Notes under the pieces: model-generated
Seen by the model: the letters and a program-made list of their open reading frames with translations, nothing else
Database searches by the model: none
What the model was told of the DNA's origin: nothing
Shown: one piece after another, positions 10,129 through 19,483 of the stretch
How the letters are laid out: each line of letters starts with the position of its first letter
Numbering within the stretch: the first letter of the stretch is position 1
Position numbers and translations under genes: made by a program
Source: Flavobacteriales bacterium
GTDB lineage: Bacteria > Bacteroidota > Bacteroidia > Flavobacteriales_D > Sanyastnellaceae
Length of the DNA: 64,000 nucleotides
Direction of reading: 5' to 3'
Assembly (NCBI GenBank): GCA_040261275.1
Contig: JBDQOI010000012.1
Coordinates: 6,450 to 70,449 of the forward strand

Positions 10129-11937
10129 ATGAGATCCGCTGCTGTTCCTTGTCTGTTGCTCGTCGCCGTTTTCCTGTCAAATCCGGTCGTCCGAGCCCAA
10201 CACTTTGACTCTCCCCTCTCCCACGGGATTGACCCTCGAGAAGTCGAATACTACGAGGCCCATCCGTTCCAAACGGTAGCCACGCGTGGGGAAACCACGC
10301 CCCCGGAATTCGAGGGGCTCCGCACCATGGCCGAATGGGAGGAAATCGAAATCCTCTGCGTGGGCTGGGAAGGGTACAGCGCGATCCAAAAGCAGATCGT
10401 AGTCAACGCCGCCCAAGAGTGTGAGGTCATCGTACTGACCGAGGACCCGGCCTATGTCGAGGACTACATTACTTCCGCCAACAATGGAGGTGCCGCGGCG
10501 ACCCTGGACAATATCACGACGATCGAAACCCCGCTCAATACGGTGTGGATTCGGGATTACGGACCCAATACCGTTTACGGCACAGGGGTGGACGACCGCA
10601 TCATCGTCGATTGGCTCTACAACCGCCCGAGGCCGGATGACGATGTCTCGCCGCAGGTCATCGCGGACCACATGGGCATCACCCTGTACGAGACCACAGC
10701 GGAGCCCTACGACCTCATGAATACGGGCGGCAATTTCATGAGCGACGGGTTCGGTATGGGATTCGCTTCCAACCTCATCGTGGATGAGAATTCGGGGGGA
10801 GGCACCTGGTGGGGCACGCAGTTCCCGGACCAGAGCGTGGAAGAGATTGAAGGCATCCTTGCCGACTTCATGGGACTGCACACCTATGTGCGGATGGAAA
10901 ACCTGCCCTTTGATGGCATCCACCACATCGACATGCACATGAAGCTCCTCGATGAGGAGACGATTCTGATGGCGGAATATCCCGAAGGCATAGCGGATGG
11001 GCCCCAGATTGAAGCCAACCTCGAATACGTTCTCTCCAACCACAACAGCAAGTGGGGCACCCCCTTCGAGGTGTTGCGCATCCCATCGCCACCCGAGCCC
11101 GGCTGGGGGGGCGGCTTCCCGGATGAAGGGGGAGACTACATGACCTATACCAATTCGGTGTTCGTCAACAACACCATTCTCGTCCCCACCTATTATGAAG
11201 AGTACGATGCCATTGCATTGGGCATCTATGAAGAGGCCATGCCCGGCTACAATGTCGTGGGCATCGACTGCAATCAAATCATCTCCGCCAGCGGTGCCAT
11301 CCATTGCATCACCCACAGTGTGGGCGTCGAGGACCCGCTGCTCATCAGCCATCAGCCGCTCGATGACACGGAAGACACCGCCAATCCTTATCCGGTGGAG
11401 GCATTGGTTCAACACCGTTCCGGCATCGAATCCGCCCGCCTGTTCTGGCGTTTGGAAGGCCAGTCCGAGTACAATGAGGTGGCCATGACCGAGGGCATGG
11501 AGGACATGTGGTCCGCCGGCATCCCGGCGCAGCCCGAAAACACGGTGGTTCAGTACTACGTAGAGGGCACCTCCGTCAGCGGAAAGGTGCAGGACCGCCC
11601 CATGCCCGCGCCGGAGGGATACTGGCAGTTCCGGGTAGGGGAGATTGTGGTGAATGGTCTCGATGTGCTCCCTGCCTTCGCAGGATTCCAGCCCGCCTTT
11701 CCCAACCCCGCTTCTGCCATTACCTGCATTCCTGTAGCGTTGAGCCGAGCCGCCGAAGGCCGCATTGTCCTGCGCGATGCCGTGGGCCGCGAAGTCGCCA
11801 TTTTGTTCGAAGGGCAAGTTCCCGCAGGCATCAGCAAACACTTCGTGGATGCCGCTCGCCTGGTCGCCGGAGCCCATGTCATCACCCTCGAATTGGAGGG
11901 GCAAGGCGTTTGGTCCCAGCGCCTGATGGTACGGTAA
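10129..11937 (+). CDS. Secreted agmatine deiminase/Porphyromonas-type peptidylarginine deiminase family protein with a T9SS C-terminal sorting domain
   Basis: 602 aa; signal peptide MRSAAVPCLLLVAVFLSNPVVRAQ. Guanidino-modifying-enzyme motifs WIRDYGP, GGNFMSDG and the catalytic GAIHCITH (Cys codon 11305-11307). The last ~90 aa (FPNPASAITCIPVAL...GAHVITLELEG...RLMVR) look like a T9SS type-A CTD. Confidence 0.8.
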   Translation: MRSAAVPCLLLVAVFLSNPVVRAQHFDSPLSHGIDPREVEYYEAHPFQTVATRGETTPPEFEGLRTMAEWEEIEILCVGWEGYSAIQKQIVVNAAQECEVIVLTEDPAYVEDYITSANNGGAAATLDNITTIETPLNTVWIRDYGPNTVYGTGVDDRIIVDWLYNRPRPDDDVSPQVIADHMGITLYETTAEPYDLMNTGGNFMSDGFGMGFASNLIVDENSGGGTWWGTQFPDQSVEEIEGILADFMGLHTYVRMENLPFDGIHHIDMHMKLLDEETILMAEYPEGIADGPQIEANLEYVLSNHNSKWGTPFEVLRIPSPPEPGWGGGFPDEGGDYMTYTNSVFVNNTILVPTYYEEYDAIALGIYEEAMPGYNVVGIDCNQIISASGAIHCITHSVGVEDPLLISHQPLDDTEDTANPYPVEALVQHRSGIESARLFWRLEGQSEYNEVAMTEGMEDMWSAGIPAQPENTVVQYYVEGTSVSGKVQDRPMPAPEGYWQFRVGEIVVNGLDVLPAFAGFQPAFPNPASAITCIPVALSRAAEGRIVLRDAVGREVAILFEGQVPAGISKHFVDAARLVAGAHVITLELEGQGVWSQRLMVR

Positions 11938-11954
11938 CCCGCATCGCGGGTGTG

Positions 11955-11996
11955 CCATGAAAAAAGGCGGCCTTTTCGGGCCGCCTTTTTCATGGT
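11955..11996. terminator. Bidirectional rho-independent terminator
   Basis: Long perfect hairpin CCATGAAAAAAGGCGGCC-loop-GGCCGCCTTTTTCATGG, with A- and T-tracts on both sides, between convergent genes. Confidence 0.85.
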
Positions 11997-12007
11997 TATC
12001 GTTCCAC

Positions 12008-12754
12008 TCAGTCCCTGCGTCCGAGCAGACGAAGGAGGAAGAGGAAGAGGTTGATGAAGTCGAGGTAGAGGCTCGTGGCACCGAGCAAGGCCAGCTTGCG
12101 GCCGGTCTCGCTTCCGTATTCGACCCCAGCGGCGATGCGCTTGAGCTTCTGCGTGTCGTAGGCGATCAAGCCGGTGAAAATCAGCACGCCTACAATGGAG
12201 ATGATGAAGTCCAGGGCCGAAGAGGCCAGGAACCAATTGACCACCATGGCGATGAGAATACCGACCACGGCCATCATCAGGATGCTGCCGAATTTGCTCA
12301 AATCGGTGGAGGTAGTGTAGCCAATGATGGACATCACGAGAAAGGTGCCCGCCGTGATGCCGAAGACCTGCGCAATGCTGCCCATGCTGTAGATCAGGAA
12401 GATGCTGCTGAGCGAGGCGCCCATGGTGGCGCTGAAGGCCACGAAAAGCAAGGCCAGGCTGGAGGCACTCATGCGCTGCAGGCCGAAGTTCATGGCGAGA
12501 ATGAACCCCAGCGGGGCCAGGGTCACCACCCAACCGAGCATGCTCATGCCGCCGGTCTCACTGAAGAGGAGCATGATGGCGCCACTGGTGGCGAAGTACC
12601 AAGCCATGGCACCTGTGATGGCAAGGCCGCCGGCCATCCATCCAAAGACGCTGTTCATGAAGGCGCGTTCATCCGCGATGACGGGCACACCCGCAGAAGA
12701 GAAGTCCGAAGAATGGTTCCCGCCGAAAATGCGGGGAGGATCTTGATTCGACAT
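12008..12754 (-). CDS. BAX inhibitor-1/YccA family membrane protein
   Basis: About 7 hydrophobic segments; N-terminal FMNSVFGWMAGGLAITG and C-terminal LYLDFINLFLFLL typical of the family. ATG at 12754 preferred over the longer ORF start at 12802. Confidence 0.8.
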   Translation of the reverse strand: MSNQDPPRIFGGNHSSDFSSAGVPVIADERAFMNSVFGWMAGGLAITGAMAWYFATSGAIMLLFSETGGMSMLGWVVTLAPLGFILAMNFGLQRMSASSLALLFVAFSATMGASLSSIFLIYSMGSIAQVFGITAGTFLVMSIIGYTTSTDLSKFGSILMMAVVGILIAMVVNWFLASSALDFIISIVGVLIFTGLIAYDTQKLKRIAAGVEYGSETGRKLALLGATSLYLDFINLFLFLLRLLGRRD

Positions 12755-12782
12755 GCACGCAAATTGCGCAATTCCGACGAAA

Positions 12783-13385
12783 TCAGACGCCCTTTGTGTC
12801 AATCAAACGCATGAATTCCTTTCGCGTTTTAGGATCGTTCAGAAATGCACCGGTAAATGCGCTGGTCGTGGTCAGGCTGTGCTGCTTCTCCACCCCCCGC
12901 ATCTGCATGCACAGGTGACGCGCTTCAATGACCACGGCCACTCCCCTTGGGGATAAAGTCTCCTGCACGCAATCCCGAATCTGACGGGTCAAGCGCTCCT
13001 GAACCTGAAGCCGGCGGGCAAACACATCGACCACCCTGGGAATCTTGCTCAATCCGGTGATGCGCCCCTGTGGCAAATAGGCTACATGAGCCTTGCCCAA
13101 GAAGGGAAGCATGTGGTGCTCACACAAGGAAAAAACTTCAATGTCGCGCACGAGGACCATCTCCTCGCACTCTTCCTCGAACATGGCGGACCGGAGGATG
13201 GCGGAAGGATCCTGCCCCATTCCCTGGGTCAAAAAGGCCAGTGCCTTGGCGGCGCGCTCGGGGGTCTTGAGCAATCCCTCGCGCCCGGCATCCTCACCGA
13301 TGCCCTGGAGCAACTGACGGTAATGCCCGGACAGCGCCGCAATGGCGTCCTCGTCGTAGTGGTCTTCCCTTCGATACAGCGGCAT
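12783..13385 (-). CDS. folE: GTP cyclohydrolase I
   Basis: Motifs [11 protein letters not shown] and [23 protein letters not shown] at 13385; an alternative GTG at 13415 would overlap the upstream stop. Confidence 0.92.
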   Translation of the reverse strand: MPLYRREDHYDEDAIAALSGHYRQLLQGIGEDAGREGLLKTPERAAKALAFLTQGMGQDPSAILRSAMFEEECEEMVLVRDIEVFSLCEHHMLPFLGKAHVAYLPQGRITGLSKIPRVVDVFARRLQVQERLTRQIRDCVQETLSPRGVAVVIEARHLCMQMRGVEKQHSLTTTSAFTGAFLNDPKTRKEFMRLIDTKGV

Positions 13386-13411
13386 GGGCGCAAGGTAGCA
13401 CCCGTCGGGTC

Positions 13412-13834
13412 TCACTCACCTCCGTAGTAGTCGGCGTAGTTGTTCTCCGTTTCGTAGAGGCGAATGTGGTGAAGCTGACAGCCCGATTCACCAATGGGGC
13501 CCTCCAATCGATCCCAGATCGCGATGATCAGGTTCTCCGTCGAGGTCAGCACCCCTTTCATCCAAGGCACATCCATGTTGAGGTTACGGTGGTCCAGCGG
13601 TTCCTCCACCCGCTCCTTGATGATATCGCGCAGGTCCTTGAGGTCCATGCAGTAGCCGGTTTCCTCGGCGGGGACCCCCTTGATGGTCACATGCAACTCG
13701 TAGTTGTGGCCATGCCAGTTGGGGTTGGCGCATTTGCCGAATACGGAGAGGTTCTTCTCTTCGGACCAATCGTCGTTCCACAATTTGTGGGCGGCATTGA
13801 ATCGGGCGCGGCGGGTGACGTAAACGTATTTCAT
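13412..13834 (-). CDS. 6-pyruvoyl-tetrahydropterin synthase, eukaryote-like PTPS-II type (QueD/PTPS superfamily)
   Basis: 140 aa. [16 protein letters not shown] (Cx5HGH spacing) and [12 protein letters not shown]...STENL...ETENN align closely with mammalian PTPS as I recall it. Confidence 0.8.
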   Translation of the reverse strand: MKYVYVTRRARFNAAHKLWNDDWSEEKNLSVFGKCANPNWHGHNYELHVTIKGVPAEETGYCMDLKDLRDIIKERVEEPLDHRNLNMDVPWMKGVLTSTENLIIAIWDRLEGPIGESGCQLHHIRLYETENNYADYYGGE

Positions 13835-13863
13835 CGGGTGGGTTGCGAAAGTAACTTCGCACC

Positions 13864-14841
13864 ATGATTACCATCACAGGGGCCGCCGGGTTCATTGGCA
13901 GTGCACTCGCGGCGCAACTCAACGCCGAGGGATTCAATGATCTCGTCCTCGTTGACGACTTCTCGGCCCGTCCGGACAAGGCGCGTAACCACGAAGGCCG
14001 CACTTGTGCAGCCCGTATAGACCGGTCCGATTTCCCGGCGTGGCTCGAAGCCAACGAGGAGCAGGTACAATTTGTCTTCCACCTGGGTGCGCGAACCGAT
14101 ACCACGGAACAGGATGCTTCCATTTTCGATTCCCTCAATCTGGGTTACAGCCAGGAGATTTGGCGACTTTGCCACCGTTTCGGCCTACCCCTTGTTTATG
14201 CCTCCAGCGCCGCAACCTATGGCGGCGGCGAGCACGGCTACCGGGACGCCCATGATGTGGTCGACGTGTTGAAGCCCCTGAACCCTTATGGCGAGAGCAA
14301 GCAGCAATTCGACCGCTGGGCCCTGGCCGAGGCAAAAGCGGGGCGTGCGCCCTATTTCTGGGCCGGCCTGAAGTTCTTCAATGTTTACGGGCCCGGTGAA
14401 TACCACAAAGGGCGGATGGCATCCGTGGTCTTCCACGCCTTTCATCAGATTCAGAAGACGGGCGGCATGAAGCTGTTCCGCAGCCACCGGGAGGACTATG
14501 CAGATGGCGAGCAATTGCGCGACTTCGTCTATGTCCGGGATGTGGTCGATGTGTGCTGCTGGCTGATGCACCACCGGAAGGACAGCGGACTGTACAATCT
14601 GGGTTCAGGGAAAGCCCGCTCTTTCTTGGACTTGACCCGCGCCACTTTCGATGCCCTCGATACGCCACACGAGATTGGATTCATTGACACGCCAGAAGAC
14701 ATCCGCGACACCTATCAGTACTTCACCGAAGCGGACCTGTCCAAACTGAGAAGCATCGGATACGACCGAAACATGACATCGCTCGAGGAGGGTGTCGCGG
14801 AGTACGTGTGCGATTTCCTGAAGGGTGAGGCTGTGCTCTGA
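13864..14841 (+). CDS. hldD: ADP-L-glycero-D-manno-heptose 6-epimerase
   Basis: 325 aa. TGAAGFIGS, YASSAATYG, FNVYGPGEYHKGRMASV, RDFVYVRDV and FTEADLSKLRSIGYD parallel E. coli HldD/RfaD. Confidence 0.85.
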   Translation: MITITGAAGFIGSALAAQLNAEGFNDLVLVDDFSARPDKARNHEGRTCAARIDRSDFPAWLEANEEQVQFVFHLGARTDTTEQDASIFDSLNLGYSQEIWRLCHRFGLPLVYASSAATYGGGEHGYRDAHDVVDVLKPLNPYGESKQQFDRWALAEAKAGRAPYFWAGLKFFNVYGPGEYHKGRMASVVFHAFHQIQKTGGMKLFRSHREDYADGEQLRDFVYVRDVVDVCCWLMHHRKDSGLYNLGSGKARSFLDLTRATFDALDTPHEIGFIDTPEDIRDTYQYFTEADLSKLRSIGYDRNMTSLEEGVAEYVCDFLKGEAVL

Positions 14842-14847
14842 GAGAGG

Positions 14848-15192
14848 TCACGCTCCAGGCTCTTCGCTGGGCGGATTCAAATCACGCGCGATGTTGAGCA
14901 ATTCCTCCCGCGCGTGCTCCAGACGGTTGCGCAACTGCTCCATCTCTTGTTGCTCTTGCAAGGCCTTTCGCAAATGGCGCTTGGCACCATCGATGGTGAA
15001 GCCCTTCTCCTTGATCAAGTCGTGGAGAACGGTCACGACCTCGATGTCCTTCGCTGTGTAGGCGCGTTTGCCACTGCCCTGCTTCTTGGGGTCCAAGGCA
15101 GGGAATTCCTTCTCCCAATAACGGAGCAGGCTTTGGTTCACTCCGAATTGCTCGGCGACCTCAGATATGGACCAATAACGCTTGGAGACCAT
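14848..15192 (-). CDS. MerR-family transcriptional regulator
   Basis: HTH YWSISEVAEQFGVNQSLLRYWEKEF followed by a coiled C-terminus. ATG at 15192 chosen (MVSKRYW...). Confidence 0.8.
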   Translation of the reverse strand: MVSKRYWSISEVAEQFGVNQSLLRYWEKEFPALDPKKQGSGKRAYTAKDIEVVTVLHDLIKEKGFTIDGAKRHLRKALQEQQEMEQLRNRLEHAREELLNIARDLNPPSEEPGA

Positions 15193-15239
15193 GGCCTTGC
15201 AAGATGCGCAAGCCATGCGGGCGCTCCAAATCCCCGACG

Positions 15240-16211
15240 TCAGTCGAAGCTCTGGTTGGCACTTTCCGATGCTGCCAGCAGCTGCTCGTAGAGCTCAGGC
15301 GACAAATCGTTGAAATAATAATGGGCGGGATTGACCCGCTTGCCCTCCTTGAACACCTCGTAATGCAGGTGCGGCGCCACAGACGTGCCGGTCGAACCTA
15401 CCAGACCGATGACTTCGCCACGCTCCACCCTTTGGCCCTTTCTGACGAGGATTTTGGACATGTGGGCATAGAGCGTCTCATAGCCGAACCCGTGACGAAT
15501 GCGGACATGGTGTCCGTAGCCGTTGTATTTCTTCTTCACCTCGATCACCTCTCCGTCTCCGGTAGCAAAAATCTCCGTTCCCGTCGGGGCCGAGAAGTCC
15601 ATCCCCCAATGCATCTTCCGGACTTTGTAGATGGGGTGGATGCGGTAACCGTATCCGCTCGCCATACGCTTCAAGTCACTGTTCCTGACAGGTTGGATGG
15701 CCGGTATGCTCTTGAGCAGCTCTTCCCGGTTCCCGCTCAATTCCATCAACTGCTCAAAGCTCTCTCCCTGTGCCAACATCCTGCGCTCGAGTTCCGCAAT
15801 CTGCTCTCGCAAGGCAATGACCTGATCACTTTGCTCGAGTCCGCGCAGATCTCCATACCGGTCCGCACCTCCAATGCCGGGATTCCTCAAGTGCTCGGGA
15901 TAGGGTTCAGCTCCGAAGATGTTTCGATAGATGGCCTCATCCCGCTCGGTCAATTCTCCAAGTGCGCCGGTCATGCCCTGCACTTTTTGGTCCATGACCT
16001 CGACCTGAGACTCGAGGAAATCAATATGCCGCTGCTGACTTCGCACCTTGGGACTCTCGAAATATTGGTCGAAGGTCCAAATCGAAGCACCCGCGATCAT
16101 CGCCACTGCTACCAGCCTGCCGCAGAACCACTTGATGTAGTCCGAGGTCGCGTAGGGAATGGCCTCTGAACGCAGCTGCTCCCTGTTAAATCGTATGTGA
16201 TGCTTCCTCAT
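15240..16211 (-). CDS. M23-family (LytM-type) peptidoglycan metalloendopeptidase
   Basis: N-terminal TM segment and coiled coil, then HWGMDFSAP...GYGHHVRIRH...GSTGTSVAPHLHYEV. The start at 16211 is supported by the promoter box immediately upstream. Confidence 0.85.
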   Translation of the reverse strand: MRKHHIRFNREQLRSEAIPYATSDYIKWFCGRLVAVAMIAGASIWTFDQYFESPKVRSQQRHIDFLESQVEVMDQKVQGMTGALGELTERDEAIYRNIFGAEPYPEHLRNPGIGGADRYGDLRGLEQSDQVIALREQIAELERRMLAQGESFEQLMELSGNREELLKSIPAIQPVRNSDLKRMASGYGYRIHPIYKVRKMHWGMDFSAPTGTEIFATGDGEVIEVKKKYNGYGHHVRIRHGFGYETLYAHMSKILVRKGQRVERGEVIGLVGSTGTSVAPHLHYEVFKEGKRVNPAHYYFNDLSPELYEQLLAASESANQSFD

Positions 16212-16226
16212 CTGAAAAAGGCGATG

Positions 16227-16257
16227 CAAAAGTACGCGAAAGTCACTACTTTCACAA
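16227..16257 (-). promoter_or_regulatory. Bacteroidetes-type promoter for the M23 peptidase gene
   Basis: The minus strand reads TTG (16257-16255), a 20-nt spacer, then TACTTTTG (16234-16227). The box overlaps the longer ORF start at 16229, which argues for the ATG at 16211. Confidence 0.5.
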
Positions 16258-16336
16258 CCGCAAAGCCGCGGCTGACGCGGGTTTCACACTGTTTACCACC
16301 AACATCGGTTTGTGAACAACCCCAATGCAAGGAAAC

Positions 16337-18955
16337 ATGGACGCCGTCAACATCCGCCGCACCTTCCTCGATTTCTTCCGTGAGAAAGCCCATGAAATCG
16401 TTCCTTCCGCCCCCATGGTGCTCAAGGACGACCCTACCCTGATGTTCACCAATGCGGGGATGAACCCGTTCAAGGACATCTTTCTCGGAAACCGCCCCGC
16501 CAAGTCCCCTCGGGTCGCAGACACTCAGAAATGTCTCCGCGTCAGCGGAAAGCACAACGACCTTGAAGAGGTGGGAGTGGATACCTACCACCACACCATG
16601 TTCGAGATGTTGGGCAATTGGTCCTTTGGCGACTATTTCAAACAAGAGGCCATCGATTGGGCCTGGGAATTGTTGACGGACCGCTACGGAATTGATCAGG
16701 ATCGACTCTACATCACAGTTTTCGAAGGCGACGCCGGGGACAAACTGCCTTTGGATCAGGAAGCCATCGACATCTGGTCTCGCCATGTGCCCACCGAACG
16801 AATCCTCAAGGCGGACAAAAAGGACAACTTCTGGGAAATGGGGGAGATTGGGCCGTGCGGACCGTGCAGCGAAATCCATGTGGACATCAGAGGTGAAGCG
16901 GAGCGCGCAGCTGTCCCCGGATCCGAGCTGGTAAACCAGGATCACCCTCAGGTCATCGAAATCTGGAACTTGGTCTTCATGCAATTCATGCGGAAGGCGG
17001 ATGGTTCCCTCGAACCCCTTCCCGCACAGCACATTGACACCGGTATGGGATTCGAACGTCTCGCCACCGTGCTGCAAGGCAAGCAATCCAACTACGATAC
17101 CGACGTATTCCAACCGCTCATCGGCCCATTATCCTCGGCATCAGGACATCCCTACACAGGAGGGGATGACAAGGCCAATGTGGCCCTGCGTGTCTGTGCC
17201 GACCACGTGCGTGCGGTCGCATTCTCCATCGCCGATGGGCAGCTGCCTTCCAACGCGGGAGCGGGATATGTCATTCGCCGCATCTTGAGGCGCGCGGTTC
17301 GCTACGGTTACAGCTTCCTCGGTTTCGAGGCTCCTTTCTTGCACGCTCTGGTGCCGGTTTTGGCCGAGCAGATGGGCGACTTCTTTCCCGAACTGAGCCA
17401 ACAGGCCGACCTCATCGCCAAAGTGATCCGGGAGGAAGAAGAGGGGTTCCTCAGGACCCTGGACAAAGGCATTGGCCTGCTCGATGAGCGCATCGGTGCT
17501 GGCCAACGCCTTTCGGGTGAAGACGCTTTCGAACTTTACGACACCTACGGCTTCCCCATTGACCTCACGGCCTTGATTTGCGGTGAGAAGGAGGTCGAGG
17601 TGGACCACCCCGGCTTCGAGGCCGCACTCGCCCAACAAAAGGAAAGGTCACGGGCTGCCGGGAAGATGGATGCGGGAGACTGGACCGTGCTGGAAGACGA
17701 TAAGGTCGAGGAGTTCGTCGGATACGACCGGACTGAAGCCCAGGTGCGCATCACCCGCTATCGCGAGGTCAAGGTCAAGGACAAGACCCGCTACCAACTC
17801 GTGTTCAACCTGACCCCTTTCTACCCGGAAGGGGGCGGCCAAGTGGGGGATACGGGGCGGTTGACCGATGAACAGGGACAATCGACTCCCATCCTGACCA
17901 CCCGGAAGGAAAACGAGCTGATCCTCCACATCACGGACCGTTTGCCCAAAGCCCTCGGCGGCAACTTCACCGCAGCAGTGGATCCTGAAAAGCGGAGGGA
18001 AACAACGCTCAACCACACGGCCACCCACCTCTTGCACGAGGCCCTCAGGGATGTTCTCGGCACACATGTGGAGCAGAAAGGCTCACTTGTAAAAGATGAG
18101 GCCCTGAGGTTCGATTTCAGTCATTTCCAGAAGATGAGCGAGGATGAGGTGCGAGAAGTTGAGACCCGGGTCAATGCCGCGATTCGGGAAAACCGTCAGC
18201 GGGATGAACGCAGGAATACCCCCCTTGACGAGGCCAAGGCCGCAGGGGCCATGATGCTGTTTGGCGAGAAATACGGGGATACCGTTCGGATGATCGGGTT
18301 CGGGCCCAGTATCGAATTGTGCGGTGGAACCCACGTCATGGCCACAGGTGAAATCGGAATGTTCCGCATCACATCAGAAAGTGCGGTGGCTGCCGGAATT
18401 CGAAGAATTGAAGCGGAAACCGGAAACCGCGCCTACTCCGGAATGGCCGAAGAAAGAAACACCCTAAGGAGGGCAGCGGATGCGCTGAAACAACCCTCCG
18501 ACGTCGTGAAGGCCGTGGAAGAGCTTCAATCCAAGTTGGCCAGCCTCCAGAAAGAAGTAGAGGGGCACCGCAGAGAGCAGGCCGGCGCCTTGAAAAAGTC
18601 GTTGCTGGGCGAAATTGAAAGGCCGGGGGGGCCAGGGACGGCAGGCATGCTGGTTCGGGAAGTCCCGTTGGATGCAGGAGCCATCAAGGACATAGCGTTT
18701 CAACTGAAGGCCGAAGCAGCTCCTCTTTTTGCCGTTTTGGGCAGTCAAGCTGGGGGGAAACCCACCTTGACCTGTCTCATCACCGAGGAACTCGCCGCTG
18801 AGCGGGATTGGAATGCAGGTCAATTGATCCGGGACCTCGCCCGCCACATCCAGGGCGGCGGTGGCGGCCAGCCCTTCTTTGCCACCGCAGGAGGAAAAAA
18901 AGCAGAGGGCTTGCAAGATGCGCTGGACGCGGCCCGCGCGGTCTTCCATCCCTGA
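16337..18955 (+). CDS. alaS: Alanine--tRNA ligase
   Basis: MDAVNIRRTFLDFFREKAHEIVPSAP..., the WNLVFMQF motif, editing-domain HTATHLLH and a C-terminal DHHA1-like region. An alternative ATG lies at 16325. Confidence 0.96.
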   Translation: MDAVNIRRTFLDFFREKAHEIVPSAPMVLKDDPTLMFTNAGMNPFKDIFLGNRPAKSPRVADTQKCLRVSGKHNDLEEVGVDTYHHTMFEMLGNWSFGDYFKQEAIDWAWELLTDRYGIDQDRLYITVFEGDAGDKLPLDQEAIDIWSRHVPTERILKADKKDNFWEMGEIGPCGPCSEIHVDIRGEAERAAVPGSELVNQDHPQVIEIWNLVFMQFMRKADGSLEPLPAQHIDTGMGFERLATVLQGKQSNYDTDVFQPLIGPLSSASGHPYTGGDDKANVALRVCADHVRAVAFSIADGQLPSNAGAGYVIRRILRRAVRYGYSFLGFEAPFLHALVPVLAEQMGDFFPELSQQADLIAKVIREEEEGFLRTLDKGIGLLDERIGAGQRLSGEDAFELYDTYGFPIDLTALICGEKEVEVDHPGFEAALAQQKERSRAAGKMDAGDWTVLEDDKVEEFVGYDRTEAQVRITRYREVKVKDKTRYQLVFNLTPFYPEGGGQVGDTGRLTDEQGQSTPILTTRKENELILHITDRLPKALGGNFTAAVDPEKRRETTLNHTATHLLHEALRDVLGTHVEQKGSLVKDEALRFDFSHFQKMSEDEVREVETRVNAAIRENRQRDERRNTPLDEAKAAGAMMLFGEKYGDTVRMIGFGPSIELCGGTHVMATGEIGMFRITSESAVAAGIRRIEAETGNRAYSGMAEERNTLRRAADALKQPSDVVKAVEELQSKLASLQKEVEGHRREQAGALKKSLLGEIERPGGPGTAGMLVREVPLDAGAIKDIAFQLKAEAAPLFAVLGSQAGGKPTLTCLITEELAAERDWNAGQLIRDLARHIQGGGGGQPFFATAGGKKAEGLQDALDAARAVFHP

Positions 18956-19000
18956 TTTCAGGGGGTCGACCTGAAGGTCGAACAGATGTTCAGAAGGACA

Positions 19001-19375
19001 TCAGGCAAAGGCAGTCTCGCCCGATTTGGCGTAGACGGGACCTTCGTACTCCTCACTGTAGGCCAAGCCGAGGTTCAACACATAGAATGCGTTGAAGACC
19101 ACCACCAAGAGGTAGTCCAGCCAGTGCGACTTGCCGAAGCTTTGGGCGAGCTCAATCAACCATTTCGCCGCGAAATACAGGTTGGCGATAGGAACGAGAA
19201 TCCACAGGGCGTGCAGGTCGGGGCGACCGATGATGCGCATCAAGGCCACCACATTCAAGCCCGGAATCAAGGCGTGCCAGAAAGGTTGCCCCGCTTTGTC
19301 ATACAGACGAGCTGCACCGCAAGCGGCTATCATTCCCAGAAATACGATGAGGACGGCGCGTTGATTGATATCCAT
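19001..19375 (-). CDS. Small membrane protein, DUF5684-like
   Basis: YDKAGQPFWHALIPGLNVVALMRIIGRP...SFGKS pattern plus hydrophobic segments. ATG at 19375. Confidence 0.55.
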   Translation of the reverse strand: MDINQRAVLIVFLGMIAACGAARLYDKAGQPFWHALIPGLNVVALMRIIGRPDLHALWILVPIANLYFAAKWLIELAQSFGKSHWLDYLLVVVFNAFYVLNLGLAYSEEYEGPVYAKSGETAFA

Positions 19376-19483
19376 GGTGTAGAGAAGTTGCTCTGCAACA
19401 TAGACGGTGTATAATGGACATGGTTGCCTCCAATACATTACCCATCAACACCTTGACCTTAATTGCGGTCCAAAGACAGGGAA

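Noticed and set aside
10177-12081. 634-aa minus-strand ORF
   Set aside because: It is antisense to the deiminase gene and runs through the strong bidirectional terminator at 11955-11996. Shadow ORF.
13835-13863. preQ1 or other riboswitch upstream of the PTPS/QueD-like gene
   Set aside because: The intergenic space is only 29 nt and is shared with the divergent hldD start, leaving no room for an aptamer.
16230-16336. T-box or leader element upstream of alaS
   Set aside because: The 107 nt are mostly occupied by the divergent M23 promoter. No specifier or antiterminator-like pairing was seen, and T-boxes are not expected in this phylum.
18966-18981. Terminator after alaS (TCGACC-tgaa-GGTCGA)
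   Set aside because: The stem is only 6 bp and has no T-tract, so it is too weak to call.
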